Source: Takakia lepidozioides
Lineage: Eukaryota; Plantae; Bryophyta
Length of the DNA: 64,000 nt
Assembly: GCA_030704615.1 (NCBI GenBank)
Contig: CM060731.1
Coordinates: 85,808,001 to 85,872,000, forward strand
Direction of reading: 5' to 3'
Shown: positions 36,401 through 48,881 of the stretch, in pieces
Position numbering within the stretch: the first letter of the stretch is position 1
Layout: each line of letters begins with the position of its first letter
Made by a program: the position numbers and the translations under genes
The notes under the pieces: generated by a model
Databases searched by the model: none
The model's input: only the letters and a program-made list of their open reading frames with translations
What the model was told of the DNA's origin: nothing

Positions 36401-39400
36401 AGAAGCATTGGCAATGATTTATGCAGTCAAGAAATTCAGGCATTACCTATTGGGAAGGAAGTTTATGTTTTATGTGGATCATCATGCTTTGATTTATCTG
36501 GTGAACAATCCTTTGATAAGTGGCAGGATAGCAAAATGGTTAATAATCTTGCACAAGTTTGAATTCGAAGTTGTTTACAAGCCTGGCCGTTTGCATCTTA
36601 TGGCAGATCATTTGTCACGCCTATCAACAGGAGAGCCTGCCACGGGAGTAGACGACCAACTACCTGATGCGAGTCTATTTGCAGTGGAGGTGCAAGGAAG
36701 TGCAGATGATGGTTAGATTGGCAGTGACCAATCAGATACTACCTTACTCATGGTCAGTGCCCACCCAGTTATGGGAAGGAACAGAGGAAGAGAATAGCTA
36801 TCAAGGTTTTACCCTATACTATGATAGGTGGCAGAATGTATAAGCTAGGACCTGATGGAGTTCTTAAACGATGCTTGTACCACCATGAAGTAAATAAAGT
36901 TTTGGAGGAAGTTCATAAAGGAGTGGCTGGAGGACATTTTGGAGAGGAGACTACCAGTAGAAAAATATTACTTGCAGGTTACTGGTGGCCTACTTTGTTC
37001 AAAGATGTACACAAGTATTACAAGAGTTGTGATGAGTGTCAGAGGCTAGGACCTTTGCAAAGATCTGGGAAGATGGCTTTGCATCCTACGATGCCTACTG
37101 AACCATTTCAGAAATTGGGACTAGACTTTGTTGGACCAATTAATCCACCAGCCAGGAATACACATAACAAATATATAATCACAGCCACTGATTATACTAC
37201 AAAATGGGTGGAAGCTAAGGCTCTGAAGGACAACACAGCTAAGTCCACAACAAGGTTCCTGTATGAGAACATACTCACGAGATTTGGCTGTCCCCTGGAA
37301 TTTATCAGTGACCAGAGAAGTCACTTCATTAATGAGACCATAGAATTATTGACTAAAGAATTCATGATTGTGCACAGGAAGAGTACAACCTATTACCCCC
37401 AGGGCAATGGGCAAGTAGAGGCCACCAACAAAATACTATGCACTATCTTGGCTAAGATAGTCAATGCAAACAGAACGGATTGAGATACAAAGCTATTGAC
37501 AGCTTTGTGGTCATACATGACTTCATATAAAGCACAAGTGTAGTTGTTACTGACAATGTAAGTGCTTCAAATGCTTGTTGACATTCAGCTGTCCATGCAA
37601 ACACTGCATCCTTCTTCAAAAGCCTGCTCAATGGAGCTTCCATCTGTGCATACCATTTGACAAACCTTCTATAATAAGTAGTTTGTCCAAGGAACCTCCT
37701 TAGACCCTTAACGTTACTTGGTGGTGGTGAGGCTTTAATAGCCTCTGTCTTTCTAGGATCCACAAGCAATCCCTTCTTACACACAATGTGTCCTAGTAGT
37801 ACCCCTGAGTTCACACAGAAAGTACACTTTTCCGGATTCAGACCAAGACCTCTCATCCTGCATCTGGCCAAACATAATTCCAACTTCTGCAAGTGCTCAT
37901 TCTTAGAGCTGTACACACTGAAGTCATCTAAGAACACTTGCATAAAATCATCCAAATACTCATGGAAGGATTCACTTATTACTCTCTGAAAAGTTGCTGG
38001 TGCATTACAAAGTCCAAAAGACATGACTTTTTGCATAAGCATCCCAGTCTGTGATGAAAGCTGTCTTTCCCTGGTCTTCTTCCGCCACTTGCACTTGGTT
38101 ATACCCACTGAAGCCATCCATGAATGAGTACATCTCATGGCCTGCCACAGTGTCCAGTATAGCTTCTATGAATGGCAAGGGAAAGAGATCTTTCTTTGTA
38201 CAAGCATTCAACTTCTTATAATTCACACAAACTCTCAGTTTACCATTCTTCTTGGGAACTATCACAATGGATGACAACCAAGTTGTATACTCTATCGGGT
38301 ATATGAACTTAGCCTCAGCCAGCTTCTTGATCTCTTCCCCTACCTTCTGTGCGTAGGGATTCATCCTGTACCTTGCCTGTTTGATTGGTACTGACCCTGG
38401 TTCCAGTTCAATCTTATGCTGACAAATCTCAGGGGGTATCCCTTTCAGATCCTCATAGCTCCAAGCAAATACATCTAAATAGGCTCTTAGCTTCCTCAAA
38501 GAATTTTGGCTCCAAGTCAACCCCTACTTTCACCATTCTTGGTTCTTCCTCAGTTCCCACATTCACTTCTCTCACCTGCTCTTCAGCTGTGATTGTCCAT
38601 CCAACTACTACTTCATCCTGTAAACTCACAATGGCTAGTTCTTCTAGGATTTACATTTCTCCCTCTCTTTCCTCATAGAAATGTGGTGGGTAACTACTTG
38701 TTTCCCCCTCAATTGGTGTTGTTGTTACTGCACCACAGCAGATACCTTTAAAGCAACTCAGGCCTCCCAGTTGCATTTCTGCAACCTGCTCCTACTCTGG
38801 GTGTGCAGTAAACAAGGTAGCTTCCTGCTCCTCTTCAAGTCCTCCCCTCCAATCATACTCTCTGACTCCACGAGGTCTTCTGGTAGCAGGTAGTCTACTA
38901 AATTTCTTAGTGGTGACCTGTATCTTGTGTTTCCCATCATGCACAGTCAGTAACTGGGAATTCCAGTCATGGAATACCCTGGCTTGTTTCAGCCATGGCC
39001 GACCCAACAATAAGGAGTAAGCTTCCATGACATCATCCATTTTCAACACCGTCAATGTGATATTAAAGATCATCTCCTGAATCTGTATCTTAACTCCTCT
39101 TATCAAGCCTAATGGTTGTACACTCATTTGATCTGCCATTGTTACTGTGAATGGGGCTGGTTTCATGTTACTCAGACCAAGCTTCTGCCTTAATTGGTCT
39201 GTCATAATATTCACTCCTGAGCCTCCAACTATCAGTACATCAGTCAAGTCTATGCTTCCAATTCTCAATTGGATTATTGGCATAGAATCGTCAAAGTCCA
39301 TGACTGTTTCTCGCCCTTCAAGCTTCACATTATAACTTGTCACCTTGCTGTTCAGGTCTGTGTTCTTTGTCACATGAGTAATCTGATTGATTGCTTGATA

Positions 39401-41797
39401 CAGCCTGTGCCTACAATGAGGTGCCACAGCCAATAGTTGTCCAATGGTAATCTCAGCTTTGGACTGGCATATTACTTCAGCCAAAGTCCCTTCATTACCC
39501 TGCACTTCTGAAGCCTCTTGCTTCACTTTCTCTTCACCTTCTTCATCTTCTCTTTCAGAGTCAGAAGAATCTGCTATAGGGATATCAGTATCCTTCTGCA
39601 TTTCTCTTATGGTATCAGCCACTTCCTTGTGCAGTTCCTTCTCATCTCTCCAAGCCTCATCATCTTCAAGCACATCACTGCCATCTTCATTAACATCTTC
39701 TTCCTCATCCTCTGGAGGTATTAGTTTAGCTTTGCTTCTGATTACTATCATCCTACTTACTTCTGGTACAAAACATGGCCTAACCATGTGAGCTGCCACC
39801 ACTGGGCCCTCATTCACATGAGCTCTCATCTCATTCTGGTGTCTGATCCAGAATGGACAGACTGCTTTGCGATGTCCCGCCTGATTACAATAGTAACACA
39901 GTTCTTCACCATTGGGTCCTCGCCCTTGGTCCGCTCTGGGATTATTTCTATAATCCTGATTCCCTGGCTGATAATTCCCCCATGGATTACCCTGATAGTT
40001 GCTTCTGGGATTGCCTTGGTAATTCCCTCTTGGATTACCTCTCCTTGCCATACCATTGTTATATCCACCAGGCCTACCATAGTGGTTCTGATCATTGTTT
40101 CTTCTTGGCTGGGGCTGCACTTGATGCTCCATCACTTGCCTAGGTTCTCTTGCAGCTGTCCTTCTGTTGTAATAACAATTCTCAGTAGAATGGTTATCCA
40201 TTTTACAGATAGTATAGTGTTTCTCCTTCATGTGGCATTCAGCTATGGTATGGCCTTCATTCTGGCATTTTGCACACCAAACACCCTTCCTCCAATGTGT
40301 TGCAGCCTCTGTGGCATATTTCTTCAAGATTTCTTCCAGTCTTTTCTTATAGTTGTCCCTCTTTAACTTTTCATTTTTCTTGCTCTTCCTCTTGAGCTCT
40401 TGCTCTTCTTCCTCATCTGACTCATCTCCAGAGTCATCATCATTTTTTTTCTCTCTCCTGAGCATCCCCAATTGCTCAATTTTGTTGGCTGTTTCAAATG
40501 CCTCTTCCACTGTATTATGGGGTAGCATATCCACTTTCTTTTGTAATTCAGGTCTTAGTCCACTCACAAACCAGGTCTTCTGTAACCCTGGTGCTGGTAC
40601 AGCAGCCAACTTTTTCATCATTAACTCCATCTTTTCCATGTACTCTTCAACAATTTCATGCTTCATTTGCCTTAACTGTTGCAAACTCCCATACACTTCA
40701 TCCTCAGTTTTGTTTATCCTAAACCTGTTTCGGAATGTTGTACTAAGGCCATTCCAGGTTAGGAAATGATTATTAGGAAATCTTGCATACCATTCATTTA
40801 CTTTCTTGATAAGTGAACAATGAAACAGTCTCATCTTGGCATCATCGCCATTCTCATTGTTCACAATACACATGTGCTCAAATTGGTTGATGTGTACATT
40901 ATGATCCCCTTTCCCTGCATATATTGGAAAATGTGGTTTTGCCCGTGTTGGAGGTACCGCCATCTGTGGCCCTACACCCTGCCCACTGACAGGTGCTGGT
41001 CCTCCTATTGTTGCTGGTCCTTGAGGACCTACTGTTGTAGTGGTGGAATTCCCACCAGGTGTTGGCCCCTGAGCACTCCTTGCTACTGGCCCCACTGTAC
41101 TTACAGTATTCCCAGCTCCAGTTGCACTACTTCCCACACTCCCTGTCCCCCCAGAGCTAGATCCAAGCTGCCCGCCTGATCCCCCTGAGCCGACACCTTC
41201 GTTGGCCTGTGATTCAAGTGTTCCACTTGATCCAGGTCCAACAGGTTGGGATGTCCTGGTTGTAGTCTCAACTTCAACTGTTGGGTCTACTTCTTCATAC
41301 TCTTCATCTTCCAAATTCTTCTCTTTGTTTTCATCTTCCAAGTTCTTCTCTTGGTTTTCCTCTTCCTCACTCATATAACTCAACTGGAGTGGTGTTGGAG
41401 AGTCCGAACTCTCCGTTGGCTCTGCCACATCATCCTCTCCTTCTTTGTTTTGTGCTTCAGAAACTGGAGTTCCTGCTTTTGGTGTTCCATGCCAACTCTG
41501 ATAAAAAAATTCTATCAAATCTTTAATCCAGGGATGTACCTCAGATCTCTCCCCTCGTGGCTGATCTTCTTCCTGTACCAAATCCCTTAATCTTTCTTGT
41601 AAAGAATAAGAAGGAGTGGCATCCAACTCTGTTTCCTTCAGTATGGGTGATGTGCTCTCCGATTTTAATGGTGTAAGAGGTCCAGATGATTCCCCTATGT
41701 CTATTCCTCTCTCCCAAAGATATGGATAATTAGCTTTCAAATAACTTTCTCTTTTCGCAGAATATTTGTGGAGTCTAGCTTCTCTTTCATCACTCAT
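33493..41797 (-). mobile_element. Ty3/Gypsy LTR retrotransposon internal region with two inverted blocks; 5' LTR absent
   Basis: gag-PR ORF 38792-41797 has CCHC knuckles and a decayed protease (VLIVGGSG, LLGRPWL). RT at 37545-38680 (FMDGFSGYNQ, VFLDDFSV). RNase H (YCDAS..NYSTTEREAL) and integrase (GHFG..CDEC, GLDFVGP) lie on + at 36246-37540. The GPY/F module lies on + at 35548-35835. Confidence 0.95.
33546..35546 (-). pseudogene. Additional ORF between pol and the 3' LTR
   Basis: Sense-strand ORF pieces (34998-35279, 34173-34982, 33817-34092, 33546-33887) with a coiled-coil-like N-terminal part. Confidence 0.55.
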
Positions 41798-41824
41798 GTC
41801 CCATGTCTTTCCAGTACATCAAAT

Positions 41825-42530
41825 GGGGGGGGGGGGGGGGGGTTTGCGACGCCAGCCGCGCCTCCACGCCCCGCACGGCGCCGAGCGTGCGACGCCAACC
41901 CCGCGGAGCGTGCGACGCCGGGGCCGTCGTAGCCAAACCCCGCGGGAGTGAAACCTGGCGCCGGGGCCAGGCGGCGACGCCTGGCCGTCGCACGGAGTGA
42001 TGAAGGGAAAATGGCAGCCCTTCCGTGCGACGCCTAAGCGTCGCCCCCAGCGAAGGACAGAAGGCAGCCCTTTCTGGTGACGGCCAGTCGTCGCACGCCG
42101 GGAAAAAAAAAAACCATTTCTTGTCATTTCTTTCATCGCAGCCCTTTCTTGCGATGCCCGGCCGTCGCATGGTGGCATGAAGGGCAAAAGGCCCTGCGAC
42201 GGCCGGGCGTCGCAAACTGCCTGGCTGCCCTATTCTTTCAAAACAAAAAAACATGTCACAGTTTGTGACGGCGGGCCGTCGCCGTTTGCGACCCTGGCCT
42301 CAAATCCATTAAAAAAAACAGGTCGCAGTTGGCGACGGTTGGCTGTCGCCGTTTGCGACCCCCGGCCTGATAAATCCAAGAAAACGCGTCGTAGTTTGCG
42401 ACGCGTGGGGGTCGCAGGAGGCGACGGCAGGGCTTTCTAGGTTTAGGTTTAGGGCCTTTGGGGGTTCTTAGTTTTTTTTTATAAATATGGTACTGGGGTA
42501 GGGTGTTTGTTTTTCTTTATGGTTTAGCTT
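41825..42530. repeat. gcgacg/cgtcgc-rich element end
   Basis: Many gcgacgg/ccgtcgc motifs. The terminus is homologous, inverted, to 24840-25150 (ccataaagaaaaa..accctacccca.tacc..ctaagaacccc). Confidence 0.65.
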
Positions 42531-43247
42531 GTTGTTGTGGACCTTCTTGTAGATTGTGACATTCATTTTGATAATTCTCTTGATACCACATCTGTATGTG
42601 TTGCTCCAACATATTCATTGCCTCTGCCTTTTTTCTCGAAAGACTACCAGCCACAGCCATATTTGATGAATCATAGAAATAAAGTACAATATGCATGTAC
42701 ATGTACAATCAATCGAAGGAATGGGTCCAGTTTGGTGCGAGAATTGTTATGTAGCTTTGATTTTGTGTCTAATCAACTTGAACATCATCATCCGGAGCCT
42801 CTTCATCCTCGTCAAGCTGCAAGTCTTCTTGGTCATCAGAGTCATCGTCATAAATGGCCCGGCCCTCAAAAGGCACCTCCAAATCTGTTTGATGGATGCT
42901 CAAGAGGTTGGCACATAAGATGCTTGATACCGCCTCTTGAGATGGTTCATGATGGGGATTGATTATGTCCGCGTTGCATTGGATAAATGGGAGTGGATAC
43001 AATCATGGAAGGCTAACAAGAAACACAAGGCCAAGCTACTATGAGATCAATACACGAGATCCCAGGCTCAAGTTCACGGATTGCAAGAAGGCGACTAACG
43101 ATGGGGCTACTCTAGCACCCGGCCTCTTGATCTATCGAGTTTGAGTACAATATGGACGGTGGTAGAGGATTTAACGAGGCTGTGGGTATTACATCTTGCA
43201 GTTCTATCTGGAGTTAGAGGGACCTAACCACCAGCTAGGGGGGTGAT

Positions 43248-43793
43248 TGTGGCAGACTAGTGTGTGGTATGCATATGTAATGTGTGGATTGGATAGCGAT
43301 ATATAGTTGTGTAGCGATATGTATGCGCACGACAGCTGTCAAGTGGATTTTAATACTAATTAAATTAACTACTTCACTAGTTAATGAGAAACTAGTTAAT
43401 TTACTAGTTAGTATGAAATTATCTAGTTTAAGGTAGCTAGTGTGAAACTAGCTAGGAAATAATTAGTTGTATTGACACTTGAGTTTGTCCAAGTGTCAAT
43501 CCAGGGCCCAAAATTAATATTGGGCCTTGGGGGGAGTTTATCCTCGCGGCAGACGCGGTGAGGCTCATCTTTTTCGAGTTGAGCCTCCCACGTCTGGCTA
43601 TGGCGCCGCACTGTAGATTCCCGAGAGCCTTGGGATGCAGTTGGCTTGACTCCTATTTCATTGAGTGAATTAATGCAAAGGTTCTTGTTTGTTTTATGTT
43701 TCTTATCATTGTGGCAAACTAGTGTGTGGTATGTATATGTAATGTGTGGATTGGACAGCGATATAATTGTGTAGCGATATACATGCGCACGAC
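43248..43793 (+). mobile_element. LTR- or TRIM-like unit with ~85-bp TG...CA direct repeats
   Basis: tgtggca.actagtgtgtgg...gcgcacgaca at 43248-43333 and 43710-43793. A purine-rich tract precedes the first copy. Confidence 0.55.
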
Positions 43794-43849
43794 ATATATC
43801 TCCACCGGGGTGTGCCAAGTGTTGGCATGCAAACCGGTGGAAACATTGA

Positions 43850-45900
43850 ATTGTTGTCTTTTCCAAGAAGCATTAAGAATAAGATAGCATTAGGAGAGAA
43901 ACTGCCTAAGGACTGTGTGGCCGGGTCGTGCTGGTGTGTGCAAATGAGTCCATCCTACCAAACGAGCTGTCGACCTTATCATCAGCAGCCTCCACGAGTC
44001 GTTTGCCCTTACTAAATTCGCATGGAAACAATAGCAGGTTTTCTCCCTGATGCCATTGATGAGTTTCAAGTCAGCAACAAGTAGAGTGCTCAGCAACTTG
44101 CGGTCCTCTATATCCCATATGGCAGCAAAGTTTTCTGGGATGTCTGAGCTCATCGACAATACCTCAGGCCGATCTGTGACATGTTTGAAAACTCATCGTA
44201 GTCCATGACTACCAGAACCTGGATCGTGGCAAAGGATGCGTGTTTAGCATTGTCCTCTAGAAAGGAGCCAAAATGAAGGAGAATGTTGGGGATAGGAGCA
44301 AACCCTACAGTTCTTCAGTCTTCTTGGGGGTAAGAGCAATTTCTTGCGAGGGACCAAAGGGTCCCTCAGTCTGATTGATCTGTGAGACCCAAGATCCAAG
44401 CGCTGGACAACTCATTGATTCCGCCAGTGAAAAGGGTCTGGGGTCCCTTGTGCTCGTGACGGAAGATGATCGGAGTATCAACGATAATTGCGTCTTCCCG
44501 CTTCAGGCTTTCCAGTGGGGACCAGCTCGAGAGAGGGAGATTGGAGAAGGATTGAAGCCTGAGACATCTGACTGTCAGTTTGTCAAGAGGGAAGCAAGAG
44601 GGCTTGGTCGTGGTGCCACCCAAAAATTGTCAATTGAGAAAAGAATGGGAAGATCGGGATGATCTTTTGCATTCTGCTGCAAGGAAAGTGGCAGAATCAA
44701 ACACAGTGATTGTGGAGACTGACGGCCCGCCAAACATCGCTGACCAAGATATCATGACCCGAAGACTTGTGAGGTGACTTGCAAAGAGATTTAATTGGCA
44801 TTTTCATATGCTTTGCCAGTTGCTCCTCGAGCCGTGGGGAAGAGGAGGAAACAGCTAGATTGTTAATTGCAAAAGCATGAAAAGGGGAGGAGATAGGGGG
44901 CGTAGGGGGATCAGGAGCCTGCGCAGGAGGAGGGGACGACGGGCCAGAAGAAACAAACTTTATAGAAACCTCGCGTTTGTGCTGAACGACTGGACAATCC
45001 ACTTTGAAGTGCCCAATGCCATTACATTCGAGGCAGACCAGGTTAAAAGGCTCTTCCTTAAACAGCCACATCAATGAACTTAGCAATAAGTGAGGGAAGC
45101 TAACTGAAAGGGGGAATGACTGCCCCCTCAGGCATGAGCACCACCACCTTGGGGGCCCTTGTCTCCCCGACTCTGCTAACACTAGATAAAGTATCCCAAG
45201 CGGTCATCTCAACCACCGTGCCATTACTAGCATCAAGATCGAAAACATTGAAAAAGCCCAGATAATCCCCGATCTTAGGCAAAGATGCGAAATATTGACA
45301 AGGGATGTAAGGGAGAGAAATGATGCGGGGTTTGCAAGAAACCCCATTCTTATGTCCCCAATCCTGTGACTAGGGAAAGATGTGGACCTTGTGATAGGAC
45401 AAATGGGAGTAAAGGTGAGAGCCTTAGCAGCTACCTCTTGTGATTCAAACATCACAGCAAACAAATTGTGCCCCATGGATTTACAAAAAAGTTGTCTAAG
45501 AAGACCTTCCTCGCCCATATGCTCAATCACCCATTCCCGGACCCAGTTCCTATCTTTGAGCTTCCCAGGGAAGTCCAACAAAATACCCCGACTTCTCATC
45601 TTAGCAGACTGAACTTTAATCGTGTCAAGACCCACTTTAGCAATTGCAAGCTCCTTAGGAATATGACTCAACTCCTCGGGCCAAGCTGCTGCCTCATCAA
45701 CTATCGACTGAGAAGCGGGGAGACGGGATGGAGGACCTTTACCGATTGCTTTTGACTCAGATGTTATCTAAGGGAGGTATTACTTGGAGAAGGCACATCA
45801 TGGAAGAACTTTTCAGCTAAGGAGAGGAGGGGACACCTGGGGAAAGGGAAAGCACAACATGGGCTTAGAGATTTTTGACATTGATGTGTAGTCTCCTGTT
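43850..45900 (-). mobile_element. Degenerate plant L1-type LINE (ORF1 plus ORF2 remnant)
   Basis: 45204-45671 is DUF4283-like (KSMGHNLFAVMFESQE). Zinc knuckle CLECNGIGHFKVDC at ~45000. Confidence 0.65.
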
Positions 45901-46514
45901 TAGAATAAAGAGGATCGTGTTTTCAATTGATCAAAGTAGATTCCACTGTTCACAAAGAGGAGCCAGCACATTGTGACCGCACTCATTGTACACCATCAGT
46001 GCAGCCCAAGCTTGTTTATTCCTACCCCTACCCCCATAGAGAATGGAAAATTTTGGTTGCTGTGCACTTAGCACCAAGCACTTAATCTAGTACAACAATG
46101 TTGACACTTCTGTTCATACTTGTACCTTTTTGGTATTATGGGAGATCCTCTCACAAAAGTGAGTTGTTTTTGTATGCATGGTAAATCTGTACACTGTAAA
46201 TGAGAAGTGTTGTTTCACTTCTGTCAAACAATCTTTGCCTGAATGTTCATCCCAACCTTCACCCAGTCTAAAACAATGAAAGCAAATGATGCAACACAGA
46301 CGCCCAACTTTACTTGCTGACAGCAATGAATGGGTGTTTCCATGCATACTCACGAAGAACAACACCCACCTTCAACTCCAGAAAAGTCTGTAAAATGGAA
46401 AGCGAAGCCAACAGTCCCGAGCTTTTTCAATGCATAAACCTGATGCCCCTCCAAAGATTGTCAAGATTCTACATCTCTCTCCTCTCTCTCATTCAGTTAC
46501 TGCAGGTCATAACC

Positions 46515-48881
46515 TCAAGTCAAGAGAGGAACATCCATATGCAGCTTTTCTGCAGAAGACTTCCCGTGCAATTTGGAAGCAAGCCCGCCAGGAGGCGATG
46601 GCGAAAACTCAATTGGAAGATCAGGCACTTTGGCCTCTCCAGAGAGGATCTTCACAACTTCTGCCATATTGGGTCGAACTGCTGGCAACCTCTGCAAGCA
46701 AAGCAATGCTAAGTTAATGCAGAGGTTAGCTTGCTCAACAGAGTAATCACCTTGAAAGATTGGATCTACCAGGTCCAGGACGTTGCCAGTTTGTGCCAAA
46801 AAGCGGGCCCTTGAGATGAGGTTGGCCTGGTCAAATTCTGTGATTGGGGAGGCATTCACCTGCAGTGGCCGCCGACCAGAAATAAGCACCAGCAACAGCA
46901 CACCAAAACTGTACACATCACTTTTCTCGGACACAGTCCCACCCCCTCCATACTCAGGGGCCACATAGCATATGGTTCCACGCATGGTAGGTGTGCTACT
47001 TAATCCCCTGCTTAACATATCACTACTCCACCACTCTTTGCTTCGGGACCTCTCTCTCCGGCCTTCCTCCCGAGCTTTTCTTTGCTTGCTGTGACTCAGC
47101 TCTCTGCTCTTGTTGAGCTCTGGACTGTTGTTATTGAGATCTTCACTGAATTCATTCCTCCACCACTCCTGGCTCCAGTTGCGCTGCCCCTCCCCCTTCT
47201 TGAGGTCCTTTCTCTTCCTACTCAACTCATCGCAGTACTCCTCCCTCCACCACTCTCTACCCTTAGACTTAGCTCGTTTAACAGAGTTCTTCTTGGGTTC
47301 ATTACGAAGTTCTCCAATGATTTCACCGAGCCATTCAGAGCTTTTTGACCTATGAGTCCGGGATTCTCTCCACCCTCTGTCAACTCGGCCACCTTCATGT
47401 GTAAGCTCACCACTGCGTTTATGCTCCTTCATTCTCTCATCCTTTCTCTTGGCCTTCTTGAATTTATTCTCTCTCGTGTCCAAGACATACTCTTTCGTAC
47501 TGAGGTCCCCAATAATTTCCTGTTTTGAACTGTCATCCCGACTCAGCAAGCTATGCCTTCCCTTATCATTGGGCTCATTGGCCTGATCGTCTAACAACTG
47601 CACCTCCTTACCAGCGATATCAAGGTGTCTATGGCCACCTTCAGTGCTGGATGCGCCCTTTCCACTCTCCTTGCTTGTGTCAATACTCTCGTCTTGTTCC
47701 TCGCATCCCTCAAGCATACCTTCCTCTGCACTTTGGAATGCATCACAATCAACATCCAGGCTTGTTTCATCGTCTACTGAAATCACGGGGATTGGCAAGT
47801 CTATGGCTGCCTGTGTCTTCCCACAATGGGACCCCATCTCTTCAGTACCTGGAGGTTTAGGAAACTTCAGGTTCCCGTTCACTTCATCTCTCCCATCCTT
47901 ACCTTCCTGTGCAGCCATGCATGCCTTGTCATCATCAGAATTCTGCTCTCCCACTGCAGATGAGCAGTCTTGGATCAGAACCGCCCCCCTTTCCTTAGAC
48001 TCCGCAGCTTTGGCCTCCTCTACTGCCTTCTTCCTCTCTAGCTCTTCTTTTCTCCGTTTACGGCTAGCACGGTCCCGTGCAACACGCTCATAACGAATCC
48101 TCTCCCACTTGATTGCCTCACGCTCGGCTTCCTCACTGCGAACCTCTGGTGCATTCAACTCTGGTTTCAACCTTGCGAGCCCAAAGTCCCCAATTCGAGC
48201 TGAAAAGCTGGAATCCAGCAGAATGTTACTGGGCTTGACATCCCCATGTATGATGGGGGGATCACACTTCAGGTGCAAAAATGTCAGCCCGCAAGCTGTG
48301 TCAAGAAGGATTTTGAATCTTGCGTCCCAATCAAGAACCAAACTGCAGTCATTATCAAACAGTGCCTCCTGCAAACTGCCATTTACCATGAATTCGTAGA
48401 CAAGCAGCCGCTGCTTTCCATCGGCACAAAATCCTAGAAGTCTGACAATGTTGGGGGAATCGACACGCCCAATAACAGTGACCTCATTCTGGAATTCCCA
48501 CTCACCTTGCAATGAAGATGTGTCCAATTTCTTTACAGCAACCTCCGTTCCATTCCGAAGTATACCTTTGTACACTGATCCAAACCCTCCCTGCCCCAGC
48601 TTCTGAGTTTCATTAAAGGCATTGGTGGCCGCTTCAAGTTCGCGATATGAAAATCGCTGCAGCTTCATAGAGGTGATCAGACCATATGAAATTCTCCTGC
48701 TGCCCTTCAAAAAGTGGTACACAATTGCAGCTAATATCAAGATGGAAATCACTGCACCTGCTCCTCCTCCAAGTGCCAAGCCTAGTATTAATGCCCTGTC
48801 TGAACTTCCCCTGGTTCCAACTGGAGGGGATACAAATGGAAGGGCGATGGGAGAGACTGCTAGTACCTGCCTGGAGGGCAT
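46515..48881 (-). CDS. Receptor-like Ser/Thr kinase, RLCK-XI type (At2g45590/At4g25390-like), with a large kinase insert
   Basis: 788-aa intronless ORF starting MPSR. TM helix, then LGQGGFGSVY, VAVKK, HGDVKPSN and DFG, an ~400-aa charged insert with EWW repeats, then MRGTICYVAPEY and SDVYSFG. Confidence 0.93.
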   Translation of the reverse strand: MPSRQVLAVSPIALPFVSPPVGTRGSSDRALILGLALGGGAGAVISILILAAIVYHFLKGSRRISYGLITSMKLQRFSYRELEAATNAFNETQKLGQGGFGSVYKGILRNGTEVAVKKLDTSSLQGEWEFQNEVTVIGRVDSPNIVRLLGFCADGKQRLLVYEFMVNGSLQEALFDNDCSLVLDWDARFKILLDTACGLTFLHLKCDPPIIHGDVKPSNILLDSSFSARIGDFGLARLKPELNAPEVRSEEAEREAIKWERIRYERVARDRASRKRRKEELERKKAVEEAKAAESKERGAVLIQDCSSAVGEQNSDDDKACMAAQEGKDGRDEVNGNLKFPKPPGTEEMGSHCGKTQAAIDLPIPVISVDDETSLDVDCDAFQSAEEGMLEGCEEQDESIDTSKESGKGASSTEGGHRHLDIAGKEVQLLDDQANEPNDKGRHSLLSRDDSSKQEIIGDLSTKEYVLDTRENKFKKAKRKDERMKEHKRSGELTHEGGRVDRGWRESRTHRSKSSEWLGEIIGELRNEPKKNSVKRAKSKGREWWREEYCDELSRKRKDLKKGEGQRNWSQEWWRNEFSEDLNNNSPELNKSRELSHSKQRKAREEGRRERSRSKEWWSSDMLSRGLSSTPTMRGTICYVAPEYGGGGTVSEKSDVYSFGVLLLVLISGRRPLQVNASPITEFDQANLISRARFLAQTGNVLDLVDPIFQGDYSVEQANLCINLALLCLQRLPAVRPNMAEVVKILSGEAKVPDLPIEFSPSPPGGLASKLHGKSSAEKLHMDVPLLT

